Origin: a bacterium
Lineage (GTDB): Bacteria; Margulisbacteria; Marinamargulisbacteria; SXXA01
Direction: 5' to 3'
Assembly: GCA_010028705.1 (NCBI GenBank)
Contig: RHAI01000018.1
Coordinates: 1 to 28,611 of the forward strand
DNA length: 28,611 bases
Of this stretch, positions 18,735 through 27,576 are shown piece after piece. Position numbers and translations under genes: made by a program. Each line of letters begins with the position of its first letter. Within the stretch, counting starts at the first letter, position 1. A model generated the notes under the pieces. The model was given only the letters and a program-made list of their open reading frames with translations, had not been told where the DNA came from and did no database searches.

Positions 18735-19847
18735 ATGGCTACGTTATTTTCTGTTGAATTTTTTGATCTCTATTTACCGATGAGAGGAACGATTCGTAAT
18801 GTCGGGAATGTGCGTCGTGTGTTGCTACTTAAATGGGCGACCGATTCAGGGACCGTTTGGTCAGAATGTTCATCATTAGACCAACCGGGCTACCACTATG
18901 AAACGATTGATGTCAGCTGGTTTGCTTTGAAACACCTTATTCTGCCCAAAATTTTGGGGCGACGATTTTTTTGTTTGGCGGATGTGTCAACGATTTTAAC
19001 GGGAATTCTTGGCTTTCCGTTTGCCAAAGCGGCCGTGGATGCGGCGGTTGCTATTACGTTAGCTCAAGAAGCCAATCAATCGTTAGCGAGATATTTGGGC
19101 CACCCAGCACCCCAAAATCGTTTGGGAGGGACGATGTCGATGGACGACGTGACACCGACCGCGATGGATCAGGTCGTTGCAATGGGATTTAAACGGGTAA
19201 AGTTAAAAATATCGCGGCTTTTTTCGCTTGAACAGCTTATTGCTATTCGCACCTATTTACCTGAGTCTATCGCGGTAGCGGTTGACGCAAATGGCATATT
19301 CGGTCGGGACGATATCCCAACGTTGAAACAGTTGGAATGGAGTGGCGTTGCGTGGATAGAGCAGCCATTTGAATCCGGTGATTGGGCGGCCAATTGCGAA
19401 TTTCGCAAGGTGTGTGGTATCCCGATCGTGTTGGATGAATCAATTTCCAGTCAATGTGATGTCGCCACGGCCAATACATTCGATGCGGCGGATTCGGTGG
19501 TCATTAAAATCGGGCGTGTTGGCGGTATTAGTGCTACCCTTGGAATGTATACGTTGGCGTCCCAATTGGGAATCAGCGTATCCAGCGGTGGAATGGTAGA
19601 TTCGCCGATCGGATTAGCGACTCGTTTGGCCGTCGCTGGCCACTACCACGAGGACAGAACTGGCGATTGGGCGCCCCCTGAATTTACGTGGGATTGCGAT
19701 GCCCTACATCTATTTCGATTTGATTACGACATCAACCGAATGCCGCTACAAACCGATTCAGTGGGTCTTGGTGTAACTGTCGATTCTGCGCGAATTCACG
19801 ATGTATCGGTTACCCATGAAATTATTTCTGCCGCTGATTTTCGATAG
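18735..19847 (+). CDS. Enolase superfamily protein, o-succinylbenzoate synthase / dipeptide epimerase-like
   Basis: FKRVKLKISR, VAVDANG, WIEQPF, IVLDESI, VVIKIGRVGG, SVSSGGMVDSPIG. Confidence 0.88.
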   Translation: MATLFSVEFFDLYLPMRGTIRNVGNVRRVLLLKWATDSGTVWSECSSLDQPGYHYETIDVSWFALKHLILPKILGRRFFCLADVSTILTGILGFPFAKAAVDAAVAITLAQEANQSLARYLGHPAPQNRLGGTMSMDDVTPTAMDQVVAMGFKRVKLKISRLFSLEQLIAIRTYLPESIAVAVDANGIFGRDDIPTLKQLEWSGVAWIEQPFESGDWAANCEFRKVCGIPIVLDESISSQCDVATANTFDAADSVVIKIGRVGGISATLGMYTLASQLGISVSSGGMVDSPIGLATRLAVAGHYHEDRTGDWAPPEFTWDCDALHLFRFDYDINRMPLQTDSVGLGVTVDSARIHDVSVTHEIISAADFR

Positions 19848-20162
19848 TAACTTGGACCTGCTGACGCAGGTGCACAATCGCTGCAAACCGGCGAACGGCG
19901 GTGTTATTTCTGGGTCAAAATCCTCGATAGTGGCTTGGTTTCGAAATGCTCCATCTGCCCCATTTTCGCTCTCCTCATGTCGCTCTGCACCACCACGTCG
20001 AGCGAGAAACGGCGCATCTGAATCAGTTGGCACCATCGCTATTTCTGAAAATAAGCCATTTTGGGCCCATAGTGCGCCGCATCGCCTGCGGTGTTTCACT
20101 CCACTGACGATAATTTAGGACGGCGCGCTGACTGAAATATAACGCAGCTATTGGCGAGTCAT

Positions 20163-20202
20163 CCCCATCGAACGACCCTCGAAAATTCGTTCAAGGATGG
20201 GG
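20163..20202 (+). terminator. Hairpin CCCCATC-GAACGA ... TCGTTC-aag-GATGGGG followed by TGTTTTGT; candidate terminator
   Basis: 13 paired bases with a 3-nt bulge and an 11-nt loop, T-rich 3' flank. Confidence 0.6.
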
Positions 20203-20363
20203 TGTTTTGTGTTCAATCTGATGACCCCATGCATCGGTATTTTTTGCATTTCGCATCAGAGATATTTTAGTGTAGTATTTTTACGTGAAAATCCTAATTT
20301 TTAAGCAGTTATTAATTAGCTGACTCAACATATGACCTGTGATGGGTCGGAGGTAATTAAAAA

Positions 20364-21428
20364 ATGAAATCAGTAATTTCCAGAAAAATACTAGCCGTGT
20401 TTGGGTGCCTACTTCCCTTATCAATTCCGATAGCTGCCGCCGATAATCTTGGACTGAACTTAGGGATGCCCCTTTCGTTAAAAGGCGAGCAACATAGTGG
20501 TTTTTTTGCGGCTGGGGAAGCCTCGGTGGCCCTTTCTCCCGTTACTTGGGTCGATGGCAACCTTTCATTCATCAACTTCCAGTCCGTCGCTGGGACCACG
20601 GTAGTGATTGGAATGGGTGCCGTCGTACGTCAGGAAATGCTTTCGTTGTTTGAACGAGTGACACTCGATGGTGTGGTTGGCTTAGAGGGTAATGGTATGA
20701 GTGGGGTCGGCGTTGTCGCTGGCTCAAATTTGAGGACCCAACTTGACTCGGGTGCAGAGGTCCGCGTCGGTATGACGATTAATACCAATGGGGACTTGCT
20801 CGCTAAAATTCAGGTGTCTCGCCCCGTTAACTTGCTGTCGGGAATCTTTAAATCGACAGATTCTGTGATTCGGCCGTCGTCTAAACCCGCAGAAATGGTT
20901 CCATTGGTCGCTGAGAGTACTCCTGTAAAATTGGATGCAAAAGCTGACGTAGCTCCTGAGCCAAAACCCGTCGTTGTCGTCCAGAAACCTGAGGTTAAGG
21001 CCTCCCCAGTTCAGGCCCTTACGGTGGTTACGTACAAAGATATTGCTGGCCACTGGGCGAAAGCGGACATTGAATGGATCGCGGGGAGAGGGATTACCGG
21101 GCAATCTGATAAATTTAACCCGAATTCGGCATTGAATAAGTTTGCAGCGGAGTCGATTACCCGGCGGTCGGCATCGTTCTTAGGAGTCACTTTGAATGAC
21201 GTTCAGGTTGCCGGTTTTGGAACGGTTGTGACTAAAAAAGATTTAGCTAACATGATTTTAAAAGTGGTGCTTATTGCTAGAGGAGCAACGATAAATGACC
21301 AAAATATTGACGCATTGAAAACCGAGTTTTCGGTGTCCAAATCCTGGTCAGAGGATTCTGATAAGTCAGTAACACGCGCTGAGGCTGCCGTAATTGTATC
21401 GAAGTTACTTCAGGCGGCAAGTAAATAG
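20364..21428 (+). CDS. SLH (S-layer homology) domain-containing exported protein with beta-rich N-terminal region
   Basis: Signal peptide; YKDIAGHWAKADIEWIAGRGITGQSDKFNPNSALNKFAAESITRR; Pro/Lys/Val linker; GGAGG SD at about 20347. Confidence 0.85.
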   Translation: MKSVISRKILAVFGCLLPLSIPIAAADNLGLNLGMPLSLKGEQHSGFFAAGEASVALSPVTWVDGNLSFINFQSVAGTTVVIGMGAVVRQEMLSLFERVTLDGVVGLEGNGMSGVGVVAGSNLRTQLDSGAEVRVGMTINTNGDLLAKIQVSRPVNLLSGIFKSTDSVIRPSSKPAEMVPLVAESTPVKLDAKADVAPEPKPVVVVQKPEVKASPVQALTVVTYKDIAGHWAKADIEWIAGRGITGQSDKFNPNSALNKFAAESITRRSASFLGVTLNDVQVAGFGTVVTKKDLANMILKVVLIARGATINDQNIDALKTEFSVSKSWSEDSDKSVTRAEAAVIVSKLLQAASK

Positions 21429-21431
21429 CGG

Positions 21432-22007
21432 ATGCCTCGGTTAGGGGACAAGGTATCGATTGTTTATTGGCTTTTACTTGGGGTCACCGTGTTATGCGTC
21501 CCTCTCCCAGTTGTTTGTCGGGAAAAATCTGATGTATCCGGTACGATGAATATTAATATCTCCGCTGATTCGTTTGAGGTTGACGCTCGAGATAATACCT
21601 TGCTGGCCGCGGGGAATGTCGTGGTTCAACATCGCGACGTCACACTTGCCGGGTCCCGTGCCATTTATTTTAAAACGCTCCAGAAAGTAATTATTACTGG
21701 GAATGTGACAGTCAAACGGCAAGCGATGACCATGGCATGTGATACCGTAACATCCCTGGTGTTAGAGGATAAAATTGAAGTATCCGGTAACGTACAATTT
21801 ATGTCGGGAGATATTCATGGAACCGCGGGATTAGGAGTGTATGACCATAAAACGCAAATTATTCGATTGTCCGGGAATCCGAAAGTATGGCAGAATCGTG
21901 ATGAATTGATTGGTAAGTTGATAACGGTTGATTTTCGTCACCGTAAAGTCGTGACGAATGGTGGGGCGCGAGCTGTTTTTTCAGCCGATAAATTTTCGAG
22001 TAGGTGA
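21432..22007 (+). CDS. lptA: LptA/OstA-like lipopolysaccharide transport periplasmic protein
   Basis: Signal peptide, then ISADSFEVDARDNTLLAAGNVVVQHRDVTLAGSRAIYF...GNVTVKRQAMTMACDTV...LEDKIEVSGNVQF. Confidence 0.85.
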   Translation: MPRLGDKVSIVYWLLLGVTVLCVPLPVVCREKSDVSGTMNINISADSFEVDARDNTLLAAGNVVVQHRDVTLAGSRAIYFKTLQKVIITGNVTVKRQAMTMACDTVTSLVLEDKIEVSGNVQFMSGDIHGTAGLGVYDHKTQIIRLSGNPKVWQNRDELIGKLITVDFRHRKVVTNGGARAVFSADKFSSR

Positions 22008-22010
22008 CGG

Positions 22011-22988
22011 ATGATATCTGAGACGTTAGTCGAACGAGAAAAATATAAGCCCCGAAACTATGAAGACTTTGATCTTATTGTGATTGGTGCTGGACCAGGC
22101 GGCATGTCAGCCGCTCTTTGCGCGTGCCGCGCGAAATTGAAAACATTAATTATTGAACGAGCGGTACCTGGTGGTCAGGCGTCTACGGCCTACATTGTCG
22201 ATAATCTCCTCGGGTTCCCTGGGGGCGTATTGGGAGATACCATTGGACGCCGAATGGAGGAACACCTTGAGGGGCATGGGTGTTATGTGTCGTTTGAGAC
22301 TGTCGAGGATATCGAAAGTATTTCCGATCGGGAAAAAGCCGTTCGAACCAATATGGGGCACACTTATAAAGCAAAGGCCATTATTATTTCCGTCGGACTT
22401 GAACCTCAAAAATTAGATCAACCGTTTGAGTCAAAATTTTTGGGCCGGGGGATTTCGTACTATGCCCAAGGTGATGCCAGTTTTTACCAGGGTAAGGATG
22501 TGGCTGTGATTGGAGGTGGGAACTGCGCTTGCTATGCCGCCGAATACCTTTCTCAGTTTGTCAACCAACTCTATCTTATCCATCAGTCGGATTCGATTAA
22601 GGCTGTCCGTGCGTTAAAAGAAAAGATAGTTCATAATCCAAAGATACAAATTGTGTGGGATTCCAAGCTTGTAGACGTGTTTGGAATTGATAAAGTAGAA
22701 AAAGTAAAAATTCAAAATAGTATAACAGATCAACACACGTGGATTGATGTCAAAGGTGTTTTTGTTTATACGGGACGAATTCCTCCCCGTGAAATCTTAA
22801 ATCTCAATTTGGAATCGGATGCAAAGGGGTTTATTATTACTGACGAATATATGCGGACCAATTTGCAAGGAATATATGCAGTTGGTGATATCCGGTCAAA
22901 GCAAGTGAGACAGATAGCCACCGCTGTCTCTGATGGGATGATTGCGGCCGTCAATGTAGAGAGAGACCTACAACGAATTAACAAATGA
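22011..22988 (+). CDS. Thioredoxin reductase-like FAD/NAD(P)-dependent protein lacking the CxxC
   Basis: VIGAGPGGMSAALCA, FLGRGISYYAQGDASFYQGKDVAVIGGGNCA, GIYAVGDIRSKQVRQIATAVSDG. Confidence 0.92.
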   Translation: MISETLVEREKYKPRNYEDFDLIVIGAGPGGMSAALCACRAKLKTLIIERAVPGGQASTAYIVDNLLGFPGGVLGDTIGRRMEEHLEGHGCYVSFETVEDIESISDREKAVRTNMGHTYKAKAIIISVGLEPQKLDQPFESKFLGRGISYYAQGDASFYQGKDVAVIGGGNCACYAAEYLSQFVNQLYLIHQSDSIKAVRALKEKIVHNPKIQIVWDSKLVDVFGIDKVEKVKIQNSITDQHTWIDVKGVFVYTGRIPPREILNLNLESDAKGFIITDEYMRTNLQGIYAVGDIRSKQVRQIATAVSDGMIAAVNVERDLQRINK

Positions 22989-23797
22989 AAAAACCAAAAT
23001 TAATTGTTTTACAGTTTCCAGGATCCAATTGTGAATATGAAACCCATCGAGCGGCTAGTTATTACGGCTTCGAATCTCGAATCGTGCGTTGGAATTCCCT
23101 TGATGAGATTGATGATGCCAATGCCATTATTTTGCCCGGCGGATTTAGTTATCAGGATCGTGTTCGGTCCGGAGCCATTTCTTCAAAATTGCCGATCTTG
23201 AAAAAAATTATCATGAAGGCGTCTTCCGGTGTTCCAGTGTTGGGAATTTGCAATGGGTGCCAGATTTTAGCTGAAGCGGGGTTAATTGCCGGTGTGAATA
23301 AAGGTCAGGTCGAGATTGGAATGGCACCGAATACGCGGGACGGACTTCCGGTCGGATTCATTTGTGACTGGAAGTACCTAGTGGTTAAAAACCCGAAACG
23401 AAGCGTGTTTACTCAGTATTACGACGAAAATGAAGTCCTTCCTATTCCAGTCAATCACGGCGAAGGACGCTTTGTGGTTTCTAAAAGTGTATCGAATGAG
23501 CTCATTAACTTAGCATCGTTTAGGTATTCTGATCATCAGGGTGTTGAATCTACGAGTTTTCCAATCAATCACAATGGCGCGTCGTATGGATTAGCGGCTA
23601 TTTCAAATGTCGACGGCAACGTGATGGGTATGATGCCTCATCCGGAGCGGGCAGCGCGACTTCGTCAGATACCTGTTTCCATTTCTGGTGAATGGCGTGA
23701 AAAGAAACGCCAGTTGCTGTCCGGTGGATCCGATGGGGTTGGACCGAGCGAAAAATTGTTTGTTGGTATGCGTGATGCGGCGAGGGAGACTCAATAA
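22985..23797 (+). CDS. purQ: Phosphoribosylformylglycinamidine synthase glutaminase subunit
   Basis: LQFPGSNCEYET, ILPGGFSYQDRVRSGAI, GVPVLGICNGCQIL, PVNHGEGRF, MGMMPHPERA. Confidence 0.95.
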   Translation: MKKPKLIVLQFPGSNCEYETHRAASYYGFESRIVRWNSLDEIDDANAIILPGGFSYQDRVRSGAISSKLPILKKIIMKASSGVPVLGICNGCQILAEAGLIAGVNKGQVEIGMAPNTRDGLPVGFICDWKYLVVKNPKRSVFTQYYDENEVLPIPVNHGEGRFVVSKSVSNELINLASFRYSDHQGVESTSFPINHNGASYGLAAISNVDGNVMGMMPHPERAARLRQIPVSISGEWREKKRQLLSGGSDGVGPSEKLFVGMRDAARETQ

Positions 23798-24312
23798 TGA
23801 GCCATGTTATTAATGTGTTTATATCGCTTCAACAAACAGATTTGCATTGTGTATCCGCGCTGGAGGCGTTGCGGTATTCGATTGGGTTTACGGAACTTAC
23901 TCAGTTACGCCGGTTGAGAAAAATTTCTTTTATGGTCGATGTCGATAATAAACCTGGTGCCATTGACTGTGTAAAACGGTGCGTAAATGAATCGTTTGAT
24001 TTAGTTAACCCTAATAAAGAGACGGTTTATTTTGACGAGTTGCCGGAGTTACCAGGAACCGGTTGGTATGGGATTCAAGTGACGGCAAATGAGGCCCCCT
24101 TACGTTCGGTAAGCTCTCTATCATTTGCATCCCATCCCAAAATCATCTCGGCCGAACAGGGGTTGCAGTGGCTATTGAAAATTGACTCGAGCGATTCCAG
24201 CGAACAAGTAATGACTAAAATTGATACTTTTTGTGGACCGACTACTTCCGTGAACCGGGGACTACTAGTCAATAGCTTATTTGAGACGTATTTGATTCAA
24301 TCCATTTCTTAG
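23797..24312 (+). CDS. purS: PurS-like subunit, extended (171 aa), probably two PurS-like halves
   Basis: Position directly after purQ (1-nt stop/start overlap) and N-terminal INVFISLQQTDLHCVSALEALRYSIGF... similarity to PurS fold; longer than canonical PurS of about 80 aa. Confidence 0.7.
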   Translation: MSHVINVFISLQQTDLHCVSALEALRYSIGFTELTQLRRLRKISFMVDVDNKPGAIDCVKRCVNESFDLVNPNKETVYFDELPELPGTGWYGIQVTANEAPLRSVSSLSFASHPKIISAEQGLQWLLKIDSSDSSEQVMTKIDTFCGPTTSVNRGLLVNSLFETYLIQSIS

Positions 24313-24314
24313 TT

Positions 24315-25184
24315 GTGGATTTAAGTATAATTATTGTTAATTACAATGGTGCTAATTTTCTCGATGAGTGTATCAGGTCAATATTTTTGACGGAGCCTCA
24401 AGTTTCCTTCGAGGTCATTGTAATTGACAACGCCTCCCAAGATAATTCTGTCGCCATTCTGGAGAATCTGCCTCACCCTATTCGGATCATCAAAAATAAT
24501 GAAAATATTGGATTTGCCGCTGCTAATAATCAAGGGGCTCGTGAGGCGATCGGGCTCCGGTTATTTCTGCTTAATAATGACACGGTTGTGACACCGGATG
24601 CTATTGACCGATTAATTGAATATTTTGATTCAACCCCAGACCTAGGTGTTGTTTCTCCGATGTTATTAAATGCGGATGGGTCGGTTCAAGGGCACGGGAG
24701 CGGACTATTAACCTGGTTGTACAGGACCTCTACCCCACGTTTTGTCGCTTTTGTTACCGGTGCGGCGATGATGATTCGTGCGAGCGTTTACGCCGAGGTC
24801 GGCGGGTTTGATGAAGCCTATTTTTTTTATAATGAAGATGTCGATTTGTGCAAAACCTTAAGGAAACGTGGCTATAAAATTGCCTATTGCCCGGATGCAA
24901 AAATATTTCATTTTGGGGGTCTATCAACATCCACTCGAAAGGCGGCATCGGTCATTGAAGGCTACCGTGGGGGCTTATATCTTTGCCAGAAACACTATGG
25001 TCCGCTGGTATATGCAATCTATTCAAAGGCGGTCTTACTTGATGTCATAGCACGATGGATGGTTTGTGTGATAAAGGGCATATGGAATCCATCATTTCAG
25101 ACCCTGGCCGCGGCATATGTCGAAATAATGGGTATTGCACGACGAGGTGAGATCACAAGACGGAGGCATTTTCATGCTGGGTAA
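24315..25184 (+). CDS. Glycosyltransferase family 2 (rhamnosyltransferase-like)
   Basis: GTG start; SIIIVNYNGANFLDECIRSI, EVIVIDNASQDNSV, ENIGFAAANNQGA, LNNDTVVTPDAIDRL, YFFYNEDVDLCKTLRKRGYKIAYCPDAKIFHFGG. Confidence 0.95.
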   Translation: MDLSIIIVNYNGANFLDECIRSIFLTEPQVSFEVIVIDNASQDNSVAILENLPHPIRIIKNNENIGFAAANNQGAREAIGLRLFLLNNDTVVTPDAIDRLIEYFDSTPDLGVVSPMLLNADGSVQGHGSGLLTWLYRTSTPRFVAFVTGAAMMIRASVYAEVGGFDEAYFFYNEDVDLCKTLRKRGYKIAYCPDAKIFHFGGLSTSTRKAASVIEGYRGGLYLCQKHYGPLVYAIYSKAVLLDVIARWMVCVIKGIWNPSFQTLAAAYVEIMGIARRGEITRRRHFHAG

Positions 25185-25812
25185 AAAATTAAAACGAGCA
25201 TGCATCGGTATTATTGTCCTGTTAATGGTCACCATTTGTCCGGTCGATGCCAAAGTGTATCAGGTGTCACCCGAGCTCCTAAAAGAAGTCAAACAAAACA
25301 GGGCCGTATTTAAATCTAATCCTTCTGCGGAGTCCGCATTTGAGCTAGCGATGAGTTATGCATATACCGGACAAATTGAAAAAGGGTGGGATATATTAAA
25401 AAAAGTGCCCACATACGATAAAGATTATGCCCCGAAAGTGATCGAGAAGTATTTGAAATTATCAAAGGATGACCCAAACGAATGGAAATATCAATTTAAG
25501 CTCGCTTTTGGGTATTATTTTTTGGATAAAAAAGACGCTTCATTAGAGTGTTTCAGGAGGGTGACTAGCATCGATCCAAAGAACGTGTGGGCCAAGGGAT
25601 TTATTGCATTACTTTTAGGTGATTTGGGCAGACTTGATGAGGCGGTTGTGGTGGCAAAGCAGGCGGTTCAAATGGAGCCGAACGCGGCTGCACTTCACTT
25701 TTTGTTAGGTGCGGGGTATTTAAAACAGGGCAATTATTGGGGGCTTGCTCAAGAAACAGTGACGGTGGGTCGGTTAAAAGCACAGGAAGCGGTCGTGTAT
25801 GGCGATTATTAA
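25174..25812 (+). CDS. TPR-repeat exported protein
   Basis: ATG at 25174 behind CGGAGG gives signal peptide; repeats such as WAKGFIALLLGDLGRLDEAVVVAKQAVQMEPNAAALHFLLGAGYLKQGN. Confidence 0.8.
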   Translation: MLGKKLKRACIGIIVLLMVTICPVDAKVYQVSPELLKEVKQNRAVFKSNPSAESAFELAMSYAYTGQIEKGWDILKKVPTYDKDYAPKVIEKYLKLSKDDPNEWKYQFKLAFGYYFLDKKDASLECFRRVTSIDPKNVWAKGFIALLLGDLGRLDEAVVVAKQAVQMEPNAAALHFLLGAGYLKQGNYWGLAQETVTVGRLKAQEAVVYGDY

Positions 25813-26359
25813 CAAAAACAAGCTATTTTTGTTTGCAATTGTGATCGCTTTTGTAGCGCTTAGTATATTTTCATTTATGAGCCCGAAATTGATGTTGATT
25901 TCTGAAAAGCGACCCAATCGACCAGCGTTTGAATTTCGGGACGTTCATATTCAGCAATATAATTTGGATCACGTCGACTATGTTGTTACTTCGTCTGTCG
26001 CGACAATCGATCCAGCAACGAATAAGGTAAGCTTATCTCAAGTTCAGGCTCAATTTTTCCCCCGTTCCGGGAGTCTGATGACTGTACAATCTCCACAAGC
26101 CACAATATCCTTCGATGGTAAAAGTATGCATTTAGTAAATGCAGTTATTTCCCTTAGTAGTTTTTCAGGTTTAACGACGATATCGGCGAAAATCTTTGAA
26201 TGGGATACTGAAGTTGGCGATTTTCGATGTCGCCAGGGCGTTGTGCTTCGAATGCCAAATTATATTATTGAAGGTGATGAACTGGCTGGGACCTTGCCCC
26301 TAGCCAAAGTTCGAATAAATGGTCGAGTCAAAGCGGAGATAACTAATGCAACCATCTAA
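25799..26359 (+). CDS. lptC: LptC-like LPS transport protein
   Basis: Single N-terminal TM followed by F.FRDVHIQQYN...VTSSVATIDPATNKVSLSQVQAQFFPRSGSLMTVQSPQATI, typical LptC/OstA-type pattern. Confidence 0.75.
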   Translation: MAIINKNKLFLFAIVIAFVALSIFSFMSPKLMLISEKRPNRPAFEFRDVHIQQYNLDHVDYVVTSSVATIDPATNKVSLSQVQAQFFPRSGSLMTVQSPQATISFDGKSMHLVNAVISLSSFSGLTTISAKIFEWDTEVGDFRCRQGVVLRMPNYIIEGDELAGTLPLAKVRINGRVKAEITNATI

Positions 26360-27077
26360 AAAAACAAGTATACGTTTGGAGGAGTTTGTTACAGCTCAGC
26401 TAAGTCAGTCGAGGCGAGAGGTCGTGGATTTAATTATCACTGGGAAGGTAAATGTCAATGGAAATCCGGTGCGTGATATATCATCGATGATTGATTCAGA
26501 TCGCGACGTAGTGCATGTTGATGGGGAGCGGCTGATGAATAATTTGGTGTACCATTATTACAAATTTCATAAACCAGCAGGCGTTATTTCGACATTGGAT
26601 GATCCGAATGGCAGGAATTGTTTAAAAGATTTTATGAATAACGTTCCGCAGTCTTTGGCTCCCGTGGGACGGCTTGATCGAGATTCTGAGGGTGTGATGA
26701 TATTCACCAATAATGGTCAGTTGGCGCTTGCAATGTCACACCCACGGTATGAGGTTCAAAAACAATATCGTGTGACTCTAGATAAAAAATTATCCCAACC
26801 CCATTTCGATCGCCTGACGTCGGGATGTTTTTTGGACGATGGTCCGATTGTATTTGATCAGGTCGATTGGGTATCTGATGTGACCGTACTTGTAAAAATA
26901 AGTGAGGGGAGAAATAGAGTAATTCGTCGAACATTTGAATTGTTCGGATACCGTGTAAAAAAACTATTGCGGTTATCGATGGGGCCAATCCAGTTAGGTA
27001 AATTAGGTGCGGGGAAATTTGCTAAGCTTACATCCGGAGAGCTCCGGCAACTTGATCAAATTATTAAACTTCGATAA
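26346..27077 (+). CDS. RluB/RsuA-family 23S/16S rRNA pseudouridine synthase
   Basis: S4-like N-terminus, YYKFHKPAGVISTLDDP, PVGRLDRDSEGVMIFTNNG, EGRNRVIRRTFELFG. Confidence 0.95.
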   Translation: MQPSKKTSIRLEEFVTAQLSQSRREVVDLIITGKVNVNGNPVRDISSMIDSDRDVVHVDGERLMNNLVYHYYKFHKPAGVISTLDDPNGRNCLKDFMNNVPQSLAPVGRLDRDSEGVMIFTNNGQLALAMSHPRYEVQKQYRVTLDKKLSQPHFDRLTSGCFLDDGPIVFDQVDWVSDVTVLVKISEGRNRVIRRTFELFGYRVKKLLRLSMGPIQLGKLGAGKFAKLTSGELRQLDQIIKLR

Positions 27078-27094
27078 CCTAATAAACATATTTT

Positions 27095-27171
27095 GGCGGT
27101 GTAGCTCAGGTGGTTAGAGCATACGGTTCATACCCGTAGTGTCACTAGTTCGAATCTAGTCACCGCCACCA
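27095..27171 (+). tRNA. tRNA-Met (CAT anticodon), likely elongator type, encoded 3' CCA
   Basis: GGCGGTG/CACCGCC acceptor, GCTC/GAGC D stem, TACGG-TTCATAC-CCGTA anticodon arm, ACTAG-TTCGAAT-CTAGT T arm, ACCA end; acceptor fully paired and no GGG/CCC in the anticodon stem argues against initiator. Confidence 0.95.
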
Positions 27172-27177
27172 AAATTC

Positions 27178-27309
27178 CTAGTTTTTTCCGATAGTAATGT
27201 TTACAGTGGCACAGTCGAATACTAGGCTTATAAGAATACAGTTAGTGTCGCGGAGCGGAGCACTATCGCCGGTATTCTCGGTGAGGGAATCAGAATTTTG
27301 TGCGTCCAT
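27178..27309 (-). CDS. Possible 43-aa small protein (MDAQNSDSLTENTGDSAPLRDTNCILISLVFDCATVNITIGKN)
   Basis: AAAGGAGG located 4 nt upstream of ATG at 27309; short, no homology recognised. Confidence 0.25.
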   Translation of the reverse strand: MDAQNSDSLTENTGDSAPLRDTNCILISLVFDCATVNITIGKN

Positions 27310-27576
27310 CGATCCTCCTTTACAGTTCAGTGCCCTCATTCCCTGATTACCTTTTGATCAAACATTGCGTTATTTTGGGGTTAGTATATTTCCTGACGTC
27401 TCCATTGATCCGGTCATTGGTAGTTCCAAATTGGCAACCTGTGGGGCGCCGTTTTTTGCTCCAACATGGCTTTTTTTATGGACATATAATGTGGCTGGTA
27501 GCGTTGCACGGTGCAAAAATGGTATAGCTGTGAGAGCCCATATTCTTAATAAGGTGACAGCTTTCGCGTTTAGGTC

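Noticed and set aside
18735-19847. A complete menaquinone locus around the OSBS-like gene
   Set aside because: No other men genes in the window; the family also includes epimerases and N-acylamino acid racemases, so menC assignment was left open.
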